Assembly: GCA_040752415.1 (NCBI GenBank)
Contig: JBFMGU010000101.1
Coordinates: forward strand, 1 to 35,983
DNA: 35,983 bases
Reading direction: 5' to 3'
Source: Myxococcota bacterium
GTDB taxonomy: Bacteria; Myxococcota; JACRCW01
This document shows, piece by piece, positions 8,055-26,838 of this stretch (position 1 is its first letter; every line of letters begins with the position of its first letter). A program made the translations under genes and the position numbers. The notes below the pieces were generated by a model. It ran no database searches. It saw only the letters and a list, made by a program, of their open reading frames with translations, and was not told the origin of the DNA.

Positions 8055-8891
8055 CTAAGGCAACACCTCCACCAGCACGCCATCCACCTCGCCACCCCCA
8101 CCCTCCAGCTGCAACACGCCAGTGACGCGGTGCACGGCCACCTTCTGTCCACCGCGCGTGCTCAGCACCACGCCCTCCGACTGCAACCGTCCCGCCGTGC
8201 GCGAGGGCATGAGTCCCACCCGCCACGCCCCACCGACGGCGATCCCGCTCGTGGGCTCCAGCTTCACGTCCACGCGCTCGAAGCGCAGGCTGGTGTCCGT
8301 CGTCAGCGCACTGGGCTCATCCTCACGGCCCCGGCGCTTGCGCACGCGTCCCCCGCGCGGCGGCGGCGCGGCCACCAGCGGCAGCGACGAGATGCGCCCG
8401 TCTCCCACGCCCGCCAGCGCCACCGCCTCGCGCGGGACCAGGAGCAACGCCCAGGTGGTGCGCGGCTGCGGCCTGGGCACGTTCACCAACCACGCCGCGC
8501 CCTCGCACGCGCCGCCGGGACGCTCCACGCTCATGTGCGTCATGGCCCCCGGCCGCTCGACGGAGAACGGCGCCACCATGGCGCTCAGGCGGGGCGTCCA
8601 GATGAGCTGCGTGCCGTCGTCGAGCTCCCGCCAGGACATCTCCGTGGCCGCGGGAATGAAGGGCATCTCCAGCGGCGCATCCACGCCGGCCTGCACCTGC
8701 GTCAGCGTGCCCTCTCCCGCCAGCGCCACCAGGCCCAGGTCCCAGCGGCGACGCTCCTTCACCACCGTGGGCGTGCTCTGCGCCATCCACACCACCGGGC
8801 CGCCCACGCCGTAGCACGCGCCCAGCAGCTCCCGCGCCGGCGGCGGCTCCTGCGCGGTCAACAGCGTGGTGAGGAGGAGGACCTGTTTCAC
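8055..8891 (-). CDS. secreted hypothetical protein
   Basis: Probable GTG start at 8891: MKQVLLLTTLLTAQEPPP... (short signal peptide); start uncertain. Confidence 0.55.
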   Translation of the reverse strand: MKQVLLLTTLLTAQEPPPARELLGACYGVGGPVVWMAQSTPTVVKERRRWDLGLVALAGEGTLTQVQAGVDAPLEMPFIPAATEMSWRELDDGTQLIWTPRLSAMVAPFSVERPGAMTHMSVERPGGACEGAAWLVNVPRPQPRTTWALLLVPREAVALAGVGDGRISSLPLVAAPPPRGGRVRKRRGREDEPSALTTDTSLRFERVDVKLEPTSGIAVGGAWRVGLMPSRTAGRLQSEGVVLSTRGGQKVAVHRVTGVLQLEGGGGEVDGVLVEVLP

Positions 8892-8966
8892 GACGGCACC
8901 GCTTACCACAAACCACGTGCCTTCCCATCTCCGCAACCACCTTGGTGACCACCACCGTCCGACGCT

Positions 8967-9701
8967 ATGTTGGCGCGCGTGCCCAACCTCTCCCTGACCC
9001 AGGACGTCGTGGCGCAGCGCGGGACGCCGCTGTTGCAGGCCGCGGTGCGCACGCTCCTGGATCCCTTCCGCTCCGCCACCGTGCTCGCGGAAGCGGCAGC
9101 GGGGAGCCTGGATGCGCCCACCCCCGTGGGGCTGCCGACGTGGCTCTTCGTGTTGCGCAGCGCCTCCCTGCTGGAGCCCCCCCACGTGCCCGCCTGGCGC
9201 ACCGCGCTGGAAGGCGCCGCGGCGCGTGCGTCGACGTCGACGGGGACGCTGCCTTGGCCCACCGGCGGAGAGCCGCGGGCGGTGGATGCGCTGGTGAACC
9301 TGTGGCTGCGTCGGATGGGGCGCGTTCCCACCGGCCCGGATCCGCGCGGGCTGTACCCGACGGTGGAAGCCGCCATCTCCCGACGTGACGTGGCAACGTT
9401 GTGCGCGGTGGTGGCGGCGCAGGGGTATCCGGGTTTGCGGGATGACGGCGTGGCGGGAAGGGCGCGCGGCGCGCTGGTGGACCTGCTGACGACGTCACGG
9501 CTGGACGGCATGGACCTGCCGCTGGTGCTGGAGTCCGCCATCCTCAGCGGCGCGGGTCCCAAGGACCGGCTGGCGCGCCTGGCGCGCGAGTCGTTGGGAC
9601 GTTGTCAGGATGCCCGGGGGATGTTCCCCTCCGCGCTGGGAGATGGCGCCAGCCTGGAAGCCACCTGGTGGGCCCTGCTGCTCCTCATGCGAGGCGGATG
9701 A
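8967..9701 (+). CDS. hypothetical protein with C-terminal prenyltransferase/QW-like helical repeat
   Basis: First of a coupled run; C-terminus 'LGRCQDARGMFPSALGDGASLEATWWALLLL' resembles the LxxxQxxDGxW...TxxALxxL repeat. Confidence 0.6.
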   Translation: MLARVPNLSLTQDVVAQRGTPLLQAAVRTLLDPFRSATVLAEAAAGSLDAPTPVGLPTWLFVLRSASLLEPPHVPAWRTALEGAAARASTSTGTLPWPTGGEPRAVDALVNLWLRRMGRVPTGPDPRGLYPTVEAAISRRDVATLCAVVAAQGYPGLRDDGVAGRARGALVDLLTTSRLDGMDLPLVLESAILSGAGPKDRLARLARESLGRCQDARGMFPSALGDGASLEATWWALLLLMRGG

Positions 9702-10543
9702 CGACGATGAAGCGCAACCTCACCCTGCTGCTGCTGCTCGTGTCGACCCTGGCCTGCCGCCCCCGCCTCCTGCCCGGCAGCGGCGACGTCTCCCGGGATC
9801 CCACGGCGCTGTGGAACGAGATCCGCCAGGCCCACAGCGGCGGACTGCGCCTGCTCAACATGGCCTTCACGTTGCGCATGACCATGTTCCCCGGCGCGGA
9901 TTCCCTGCTGCAGCCGGAAGTGGGCGAGGACGCGGTCTCACGCGTGGGGCTGGACTTCCAGGACCTGACGGCGTGGCAGTCGCTCCAGCACCCATCCGGC
10001 AACACCTTCTGGTTCTGGGACGGACACAAGCTGCACGTCCGTCGTCACGGGAGCGAGTCCCCGGTGCCGCCCGGCATGGACCGTTCCTTCACCATGCGCG
10101 CGCTCCTGTGGCTCATGCGTCCCGCCGACGCCGCGCTGCGTGACGACGTGGAGGTGAGCACGCTGCCTCCTTCCGGCGGACGCTACCGGCTGCAGTTCGC
10201 CTACCGCGGCGGATACCAGGACGTGTTCGTGCTCGAGGTGGATCCGCGCACGTTCCTGGTGCAGGCCATTGAGCACAGCGCGCGCGAGTTCATGGTCCCC
10301 TGGCGCATCTTCCGCAACGAGCTGGGCGACTACCGCGACGTGGGCGAGGGCGTGATGGTCCCGCACCGCGTCACGCAGTGGATGGAGACACCGCTTGGCA
10401 CCTTCCCGTGGCGCACGCTGGACCTCTCGCACGTGCAGGTGGCGGTGGAGTCCGCGTTCCCGCTGCCCGGCCGCATGGAGGGCCATCCCGCGCCGCACGT
10501 CGCGCCGCCCATCCTCTCCGCCACCACGACGGAGACCCCCTGA
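9698..10543 (+). CDS. putative lipoprotein, beta-rich (possibly LolA/outer-membrane-sorting-like fold)
   Basis: ATGA overlap; MKRNLTLLLLLVSTLA|C lipobox; 'LEVDPRTFLV...LGDYRDVGEGVMVPHRVT' is typical of LolA-like families. Confidence 0.7.
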   Translation: MTTMKRNLTLLLLLVSTLACRPRLLPGSGDVSRDPTALWNEIRQAHSGGLRLLNMAFTLRMTMFPGADSLLQPEVGEDAVSRVGLDFQDLTAWQSLQHPSGNTFWFWDGHKLHVRRHGSESPVPPGMDRSFTMRALLWLMRPADAALRDDVEVSTLPPSGGRYRLQFAYRGGYQDVFVLEVDPRTFLVQAIEHSAREFMVPWRIFRNELGDYRDVGEGVMVPHRVTQWMETPLGTFPWRTLDLSHVQVAVESAFPLPGRMEGHPAPHVAPPILSATTTETP

Positions 10544-11055
10544 TGCGTGACAGCGCGCTGCTGCCCCACACCTCCGTGGCGTTGTGGTCGGCCACCCGCG
10601 ACGTCGTGGCGCTGCCGCCGTGTCCGCGCGTCACGGAGATGCCCAGCCTGCGTGCGCGCCTGCGTTACGTGGTGGGGGCGTACCTGGGTTGCCTGGTGGC
10701 GCTCTCGCCGTTGTTGCTCTTCCTCACCTTGCGCAATTTCGCTCCGCTGGCGGTGGCGCTCTCCGCCATTGGCACCATGCTGCTGGCCCGTCGCGCCGAC
10801 GAGCGCGAGGCGTTGGCGGAACTGCTCGACGCGGATTTCCTGGCGCGTTGGGAGCGCGTGACCTCGGTGGCGCGGGCGCGCAGCGTTCCCGCCGGATTGC
10901 AGGAGGCGCTGGAGCGCGTGTCCCGCGAGGGCGCCCACCTGGCGCGGCTGCAACGCATGACCGGGATGTGCAGTCGCCGCGGCCTGCAGGACCTGGTGCG
11001 CGACGTGCGCGTGCTCCACCAACGACTCCAACGCCATCACCGCGGACGGAACTGA
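10543..11055 (+). CDS. hypothetical membrane protein (2 TM)
   Basis: TGATG overlap with the upstream gene; two hydrophobic segments; abuts the next ATG. Confidence 0.6.
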   Translation: MRDSALLPHTSVALWSATRDVVALPPCPRVTEMPSLRARLRYVVGAYLGCLVALSPLLLFLTLRNFAPLAVALSAIGTMLLARRADEREALAELLDADFLARWERVTSVARARSVPAGLQEALERVSREGAHLARLQRMTGMCSRRGLQDLVRDVRVLHQRLQRHHRGRN

Positions 11056-12165
11056 ATGCTCGACGCGCTTGTGCTCACCACCGTGCTGCTCACCGGAACC
11101 GAGGAGCAGCCTCCACCCCAACCTCCGCCCACGCCCGCCCGCAGTGAGCGCGCCCGTCGCTCCCGCCAGGCCGTGGAGGAGGCCCTGCGCGACGACCAGG
11201 AGGAGACGCCACCCGTCGTCACCACGCCACCGCCCGCGCGTCAGCCCACCGCGCTGGAGCGCGCCATCACCTCGGGACCGGCGCACTACGCGTTCTATTA
11301 CGCGCCCGACTACATCTCGGTGGCGGGGCTGGGGGCGCTGTCCCTGGCGGTGACCTTCTTCCCGCCGCCCATCAGTCGTCGCGCGGCGTTTGGCCCGTCG
11401 TACGACCCGGCCTCACGCAGCACCTCGGAAGTCTACGCGCGCGAACATGACACGCTGCTGGGCGCACGCTTCCGTCCGGACACCGTCCCCACCTGGGCGC
11501 TCGTTCTCGTCGGGAACGCGGGGCTGCTGGGCGGGCTGGGCCTGGGGCTGGCGCACCGTCCCTCGTTCCGCAAGCTGCACCACTTCCTGCTGGGCGCGGC
11601 GCAGGCGCAGCTCGGCACCTATCTCCTCACCGAGCTCACCAAGAACGCCGCCGGTCGACTGCGCCCGGACTACCGCGACCGCATGGCCCGCTACTACTGC
11701 GCCCCCGGCCGCGACCCGCCGCAAGGCGTGGATTGCACCGCGGTGCGCGCCCAGGCCGCGCGCGAGGGTGACGGCGTCTACATCGACGAGAAGGAGTTCA
11801 ACGACGGACGACGCAGCTTCCCCTCCGGTCACGCCTCCAACGCGTTTGCCGTGGCCAGCTACCTCGCGCTGTTCTTCGGCGGGGAATTCGTGTGGGGTGA
11901 GCACGCTTCCGCCGTCACGCGCATCACCGGCGTGATGGGCCAGATTGCCGCGCTCACTGCCGCGCTGTTCGTGTGCGGCACCCGGCTCACCGACGGGAGG
12001 CACCACCCGGAAGACGTGGCGGTGGGCGCGGGATTGGGCGCCGCGTTGGGGGCCGGCGCGTACTTCCTGCACTTTGACCTGAAGGGGAATCCCATGGTCC
12101 GCAGCGTCTCGCTGGCGCCGCTGAGCGGTGAGGGCTCGGGCATTGGTCTGCGGGGAGTGTTCTGA
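11056..12165 (+). CDS. PAP2 (type 2 phosphatidic acid phosphatase) family membrane phosphatase
   Basis: All three motifs present: KNAAGRLRP, SFPSGH, TRLTDGRHHPEDV. Confidence 0.92.
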   Translation: MLDALVLTTVLLTGTEEQPPPQPPPTPARSERARRSRQAVEEALRDDQEETPPVVTTPPPARQPTALERAITSGPAHYAFYYAPDYISVAGLGALSLAVTFFPPPISRRAAFGPSYDPASRSTSEVYAREHDTLLGARFRPDTVPTWALVLVGNAGLLGGLGLGLAHRPSFRKLHHFLLGAAQAQLGTYLLTELTKNAAGRLRPDYRDRMARYYCAPGRDPPQGVDCTAVRAQAAREGDGVYIDEKEFNDGRRSFPSGHASNAFAVASYLALFFGGEFVWGEHASAVTRITGVMGQIAALTAALFVCGTRLTDGRHHPEDVAVGAGLGAALGAGAYFLHFDLKGNPMVRSVSLAPLSGEGSGIGLRGVF

Positions 12166-13388
12166 TGGAGGCTGCCAAGGCCGCGGCGCAGGTTCCCTCG
12201 TCGGTGAAGGAGGTGCTGCGCGTGCTCTCTGAGGCCGGGCATCACGCCGTGGTGGTGGGCGGGGCCGTGCGTGACCTGGTGCTGGACCTCAAGCCGGGGG
12301 ATTTCGACGTCGCCACCAGCGCGCTGCCCGAGGAGGTCATGGCGCTCTTCCCGCACACCGTGCCCACCGGCATCAAGCACGGCACCGTCACGGTGGTGAT
12401 GGACGAGGGAGGCAAGCACCATCCCGTCGAGGTGACCACCTTCCGCGTGGAAGGCGAGTACAAGGACGGCCGACGTCCCCACCAGGTCTCCTTCGTGCGG
12501 GAGCTGCGCGAGGACCTCTCCCGACGGGATTTCACCGTCAACGCGCTGGCGCTCGTCCTGTGGCCCACGCCGCGGCTCGAGGATCCCTTCGGCGGGCTCG
12601 GGGACCTGCGCGCCGGTCGACTGCGCACCGTGGGCGACCCGATGCACCGCTTTGGCGAGGACGGTCTGCGCGCCGTGCGGGCCGCGCGCTTTGCCGCGCA
12701 GTTGGAGCTCACCGCCGTGGCGGGCCTGGAGGACGCCATGCGCCAGACCATTCCCATTGTGCGCAAGGTGGCGCCGGAGCGGTACCTGCAGGAGCTGAAG
12801 AAGCTGTTCGAGAAGGCGCGCGCTCCGTCGGTGGGACTGAAGATGCTGCAGCGCACGGGCCTCTTGGAGGTGGTGGCGCCGGGCGCGCCCGGGGATGAGG
12901 CTTCGCTGACACGTCCGGACCGCGCGCGCGACCCCACGGTGCGCTGGGCCGCGTGGTTGTGGGACGCGGGACGCCACGGCGCGCATGCCACGCTCAAGGC
13001 GCTGAAGGCCTCCAACCAGCACCAGGTCGACGTGGCGGCGCTCTGCTCCCTGCCCCGACCCGCCACGCTCCCCCACGCCACCGACGCGCAATTGCGTCAG
13101 CTCCTCCGCACCGTGGGCCGCGCGCGACTGGAGTGGCTGCGCGAGTTGTGGTCGCTGGAAGGTGGCGCCCCGCTCGCCCAGCGGATGTCCGACGTGGTGG
13201 CGCGTGGTTACGTCGAGAATGCCTCCGAGCTGGCGGTGGATGGGAACCAGGTCTCGGCGTGGAGCGACGCGCGCGGCAAGGCGCTGGGAGAGCTGCTGGC
13301 CACGCTGGTGCGGCGGGTCGACGAGAATCCCGAGCTGAACCAACCGGAAGCGCTGCGCGCGCTGGTCACGGAGCTGAAGCCGTCATGA
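12165..13388 (+). CDS. cca: class II tRNA nucleotidyltransferase (CCA- or A-adding), no HD domain
   Basis: GGAVRD...DFDVAT, EVTTFR, RRDFTVNA, EDGLRAVRAARF, PER motifs. Confidence 0.88.
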   Translation: MEAAKAAAQVPSSVKEVLRVLSEAGHHAVVVGGAVRDLVLDLKPGDFDVATSALPEEVMALFPHTVPTGIKHGTVTVVMDEGGKHHPVEVTTFRVEGEYKDGRRPHQVSFVRELREDLSRRDFTVNALALVLWPTPRLEDPFGGLGDLRAGRLRTVGDPMHRFGEDGLRAVRAARFAAQLELTAVAGLEDAMRQTIPIVRKVAPERYLQELKKLFEKARAPSVGLKMLQRTGLLEVVAPGAPGDEASLTRPDRARDPTVRWAAWLWDAGRHGAHATLKALKASNQHQVDVAALCSLPRPATLPHATDAQLRQLLRTVGRARLEWLRELWSLEGGAPLAQRMSDVVARGYVENASELAVDGNQVSAWSDARGKALGELLATLVRRVDENPELNQPEALRALVTELKPS

Positions 13389-14365
13389 AGCAACACGCGC
13401 TCCCGCTGTTGGCCGGTCTGCTGCTCGGTGGCGCGCTGATCGTGGGGACGGCGAACGCGGTGGTCCATTTCTACGTCGACGCGGTCCGCTACGCCGGCAA
13501 CGCGCCGCGCACCCGCCAGGACACACTGCCGCCCTGCCCTCCCGACGTGCTGCAGTGGCGCGGCGGGTTGTGCGGCAATCCCAGGCAGGACGCCGGGCTG
13601 GCGTTTGACGACGTCACCGTTGCCACACCGCGGGGTGTGACGCTGCGCGCCTGGTGGGTTCCCGCCACTGACGGTGCGCCCACCGTGGTGTTCGCGCACG
13701 GCGTGGGAGCGGACCGTCGTGAGGGGTTGCGCATTGCACGCACGGTGCATGACGCGGGCTGGTCCCTGCTGCTGTTGGACCTCTCCAACCACGGCACCTC
13801 CGACAACGACGGCACCGGCGCGCGCTACGGCGCGGTGGAACGCCTGGACGTGCTGGCCGCGGCGTCGTGGGTGCGGGAGCAGAAGCGCGCGCCCCGCGTG
13901 GTGGGCTTCGGGATCAGCATGGGCGGCGCCAGCGTGCTGATGGCCGCCGCGGCGGATGATCGTGCGCTCATCGACGGTGTCGTCGTGGAAGCGCCGTTTG
14001 CCAGCCTGCCCGAGCTGCTCATCAAGGAAGGAGAGCTGCGTCATCTCCCGCGCATGCTCGCGCTCGCGGTCATGGATGAGCTGCGCGACACCATGGGCCC
14101 GCTGGTCTTCGCGCACTCGCCCGCCGCCGCCGCGGCCGCGGTCTCGCCCCGTCCGCTGCTGCTCATCGTCGACGGGAAGGACCAGCTGGTGCCGGCCTGG
14201 CACGCCAACCTCATCTACGACCTGGCCCGCCAACCCAAGAGCCGCCTGGACCTCGAGGAGGCGGAGCACGCCATGGGCTTCAACGTTGCCGCCGAGCGCT
14301 ACACCGCCGCGGTGCGCAGCTTCCTCACCGGGCTCACCACCTCGGTTACCGCCGCCCGACCATGA
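13385..14365 (+). CDS. alpha/beta hydrolase with N-terminal membrane anchor
   Basis: ATGA overlap; 'VVFAHG', nucleophile GISMG, 'DQLVP', 'AEHA' triad. Confidence 0.9.
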   Translation: MKQHALPLLAGLLLGGALIVGTANAVVHFYVDAVRYAGNAPRTRQDTLPPCPPDVLQWRGGLCGNPRQDAGLAFDDVTVATPRGVTLRAWWVPATDGAPTVVFAHGVGADRREGLRIARTVHDAGWSLLLLDLSNHGTSDNDGTGARYGAVERLDVLAAASWVREQKRAPRVVGFGISMGGASVLMAAAADDRALIDGVVVEAPFASLPELLIKEGELRHLPRMLALAVMDELRDTMGPLVFAHSPAAAAAAVSPRPLLLIVDGKDQLVPAWHANLIYDLARQPKSRLDLEEAEHAMGFNVAAERYTAAVRSFLTGLTTSVTAARP

Positions 14366-14682
14366 GCGCGTACTGACAGCGACTTCCCGCTGTAATCCCA
14401 CCCTACAACAACCCTCATCTCGGCCGTGGACCAAACGAGCATTTCCAGAACACTCCAAACCAGCGTTGGCGATTCTCGATGGTTTGCCTGTCGTTTTCCG
14501 TCGTCACGGCAATGCGCGGAGAGTGAAGCAACGCGGTGCTCACGCGTGGATCGCGTGGTGTGATTCACGTTTTCTTTTGCGCGTCGGAAGCGGCCGCCAT
14601 TAGAGTGTGGAATCACGATTCATCACGACGTGCGGCCTATCGGGAGGGGTCTGGCCCGCACGTCCCCGAGGCGACCGCACAC

Positions 14683-23834
<9,152 letters not shown>

Positions 23835-23838
<4 letters not shown>

Positions 23839-25022
23839 TCACGTTCCTCTTTTCTCTCGTCGTGGCCGCGCAGGTGGAGCAGCCGTGTGGCGGGCTCGAG
23901 ATTCGCGCCGGTCAGCTGCGGCTGGCGCAACCGCTCCTCCCGGACACCTGGTCCTCCGACGAGGGCAAGGCCTGTCTTGCCGGCGTGGCGCAGTGGCTCC
24001 AGGAACGTCCCGACGTGCTTTCCGTGACGGTGGAGGTGCACCTGCCCGACCCCATCCGCGGCAACGGCACCGGCCTGGAGACCGCGCAGGGCATCAAGAC
24101 CACGCTGGCGCAGGCCGGCTTCCCCGAGGAACGCATCAACGTCCTCGTCCCCGCGCTCAAGGCGGAGGAGGGGGAAGGCATCGTGTTCGCGGTGTCGGAG
24201 CGCGTGCTGCCGCTGGTGGCGCGCGTGGAGCGCACGTCGGGCGAGGTGACGGCGTTCTCCTTCCGGGAGCCCCCGCTCGCCGTGGCGCGCGACGTGTTGC
24301 TGCGGACCGGCACCACCGTACGCACCGGCAACCTTGCCACCGCGCGACTCCTGCTTGCCGACGGGAGCGCGCTCACGCTGGGACCGGGCACCGAGCTGCA
24401 GATCGTGTCGCTGCAGGTGGACGGGGAGCGTCGTCGGGTGGGGACGCTGAAGCTGGTGCGTGGCGACGTGGAGCTGAAGGTGGCCACCCACGCCGCGGGC
24501 GGTCAGCTCGAGACGGTGACTCCCCACGCCGCGGTGACCTCCAACGGCGCGCTGCTGCGGCTGCATGCGGCTCCCACCGAGGTCAGCCGCGTGCAGGTGT
24601 TGGAGGGCGACGCACGCTGGGGCACCGCGCGCGGCCAGGTGGAAGTGCACGGCGGTGAGGGCTCTTCCGCCGACGCCTCGGGCCTCGTGCGTGCGGCGCA
24701 GCCCCTGCTCGCGGAGCCCGGCGTGTTGAAACCGCAACGCGGCGAGATGAAGGACCCGCGGGAGCTGGGCTGGCGTCCCGTCGAGAGCGCGGTGGGCTAC
24801 CGCGTGGACCTGGCGCGGGATCCCGGTTTCTCCGTCGAGCTCTCCTCGGTGGCCACCGGTGAGCCGCGCGCGGTGGTGCCGGCCACGCTGGGCCCCGGTC
24901 GCTGGTACTGGCGCGCGCTCGCCGTGGATGGCGCGGGACAGGTGGGAAAGCCCTCCAAGGTCTTCACCTTCGAGCTCGCGGCACCGCCGGTGACGACGGA
25001 AACGCCACCCGCGCAGCCCTGA
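23835..25022 (+). CDS. exported protein: degenerate OmpA-like domain + FecR-like domain + Fn3-like C-terminus
   Basis: ATGA overlap with the giant gene; 'VRTGNLATARLLLADGSALTLGPGTEL...LVRGDV...VTPHAAVTSNGA...VQVLEG' is FecR-like; 'LGWRPVESAVGYRVDLARDPGF...GRWYWRALAVD' is Fn3-like. Confidence 0.8.
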
Positions 25023-25091
25023 CCACGGCGCGCCTGCGCACGAGCCAGGGCGGGCTGGTTTCCGACGACAAACCTTGGTGACCGCGCCCGC

Positions 25092-25529
25092 TCAGGCCTT
25101 CCCGCTCGAGAGCGCAGGCGCCTCCCCTTCCTCGGAGGTGTCCGCGTGCACCACCCGCGACACCAGCTCCTGCGTGGCCTGCGCCAGCAGCGCGTGCAGC
25201 TCGTCGGCGAGCTGGCGGAACTCCGGGAAGAAGATGTCCTTGATGAACCCCGCGGGCGCCTTCAGCATCACCGTGCCCCGACGTTGTCCCCGCTTGCGGT
25301 ACGGCGCCATCCCGTAGCGACGGGCCAACGCCACGAAGAGCGCGCGCGAGTAGGTGTCCGGCAGGGAGAACTGGTGCTCCACCGGCGGGTCCGCGCGCGC
25401 CATCTCCGCCAATCGCGCCATGATGCGTTCTCGCGCGTTGGCCGCCGCGGCCTGCTCCCCCGCCGTGCCCGCGCCCGAGAGCAACGCTTCCACCTTGGCG
25501 AGCTTCTCGCGCAGCTTCCGCTCATCCAC
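25092..25529 (-). CDS. hypothetical protein with DUF2786-like N-terminus
   Basis: GAGGTG RBS and GTG; 'KLAKVEALLSGAGTAGEQAAAANARERI' pattern. Confidence 0.7.
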   Translation of the reverse strand: MDERKLREKLAKVEALLSGAGTAGEQAAAANARERIMARLAEMARADPPVEHQFSLPDTYSRALFVALARRYGMAPYRKRGQRRGTVMLKAPAGFIKDIFFPEFRQLADELHALLAQATQELVSRVVHADTSEEGEAPALSSGKA

Positions 25530-25538
25530 CTCGACACC

Positions 25539-26828
25539 TCACTGCGCACGCACCGACTCAAAGGCCTGCGAACGCAACGCTCCCCCCGCCGCCTGCACGC
25601 GGTAGCCGCGCCCACCCTGCACCGTCTGCACCACCACGTCGCCATCCGCTTCGACGAGGGCCGCGTGCGTGGCGCCCCCGGGCGCCCGGTCGGTCACCCA
25701 GATCATGCCGCTGCCCAGGCGGGCGCCGTCCGCCCACGCGCGCACCACCTCGTCGTGCGGGGAGCCCACGTAGATCTCGTTGATACCCGCCAGCACGTTG
25801 CGCGACTTCCCGTCGGAAGGAGCCAGCGCGGCCACCAGCGTGACGTTGGAGCTGGTCTTGCGCGCGTGATGGCTGGCGTGGATCACGTCCGCACCCAGCA
25901 CACCGAAGAACACGTCCTGCGCCGCGCCCACCAGGGGCGACTCCACGTCGGGCTCGCCGCTCGCGCCGGAGCCGGTGAGGTCCCCCGCGAAGAAGTAGCG
26001 GAACGCGCCGTGTGCCACCCAGGCCACCACGCTGCGCGCGTTCTCCTCGTTGGTGTCGTGGTGGCCGAAGGCCGTCGGGGCCACCGGCTGCGCACCGTTG
26101 GAGATGAACCCATCCGCGCCCAGCAGCGTCAGCCGCGCACCATCTCCCAGCGGGATGAAGCTGGTCTCCTGCAGCGCGTCGTCCTCGGTGGAGAGCAGGT
26201 TGCCCAGCTGCAGCCCCGCGCATTCCACCGCGGCGTGCACGTCCCCGTCCCCGCCGCACGGCCGCTCACCGGCGGCGCGACAAAGCGGCCGGTCCACCGA
26301 CGCGAGCGGACCGCGCAGCAGCTGGCACAGTGCCTCCACGTCGTCCTCGTTGGCGCCCGGGCCCACGTCCACCAGCCCGCGGTGCACCACGCCGTGCACC
26401 ACCTGCAGCGCGTCGTTCCCGTCCAGCAGGTCGGCCACCGCGCCCACGTGGTCTCCGTGGAAATGCGTGAGCACCACCCACTCCACCTGGCGCGCGGGAC
26501 GGCCCAGCGCGGCGTTCACCTCGGAGAGCGCGTCGCGCACGTCGTCATCATGCGCGCTGCTCCCCACGTCAACGAGCACCACCGTCCCATCCGGCCCGAC
26601 GAGGATCGCCGCCTCGCCCATCTTGAGTGTGGGCCCCGGGGGCAGCGCCAATTGGATCACCGTCAGCTCACCGCGCACGGGCGGGAGCCGCTCGCCGGGC
26701 TCGGGGCCGGGGTTGAACGGTCCTCCGTCGGGGACCAGCTCCTCAAGCACCACGCGCGCGGTCCCGGCCGGCCCGCCCGGCACGCACGATAGGCACGCGC
26801 ACAACACGCTGGTGACGACGTATCTCAT
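25539..26828 (-). CDS. ComEC/Rec2-type metallo-beta-lactamase-fold hydrolase, probably exported lipoprotein
   Basis: 'GEAAILVGPDG.VVLVDVG', THFHGDH, 'NARSVV...FFAGDL', 'SHHA', 'GSPH'; N-terminal VLCACLSC. Confidence 0.85.
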   Translation of the reverse strand: MRYVVTSVLCACLSCVPGGPAGTARVVLEELVPDGGPFNPGPEPGERLPPVRGELTVIQLALPPGPTLKMGEAAILVGPDGTVVLVDVGSSAHDDDVRDALSEVNAALGRPARQVEWVVLTHFHGDHVGAVADLLDGNDALQVVHGVVHRGLVDVGPGANEDDVEALCQLLRGPLASVDRPLCRAAGERPCGGDGDVHAAVECAGLQLGNLLSTEDDALQETSFIPLGDGARLTLLGADGFISNGAQPVAPTAFGHHDTNEENARSVVAWVAHGAFRYFFAGDLTGSGASGEPDVESPLVGAAQDVFFGVLGADVIHASHHARKTSSNVTLVAALAPSDGKSRNVLAGINEIYVGSPHDEVVRAWADGARLGSGMIWVTDRAPGGATHAALVEADGDVVVQTVQGGRGYRVQAAGGALRSQAFESVRAQ

Positions 26829-26838
26829 GCGTCGCGGC

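Noticed and set aside
14536..14682. Longer N-terminus of the giant ORF; likewise upstream extensions of 729, 3299, 4185, 12953, 29438, 28923(-) and 9185(-) ORFs
   Set aside because: Downstream starts have an RBS, signal peptides or stop/start overlaps; the extensions are non-coding-like or overlap other genes
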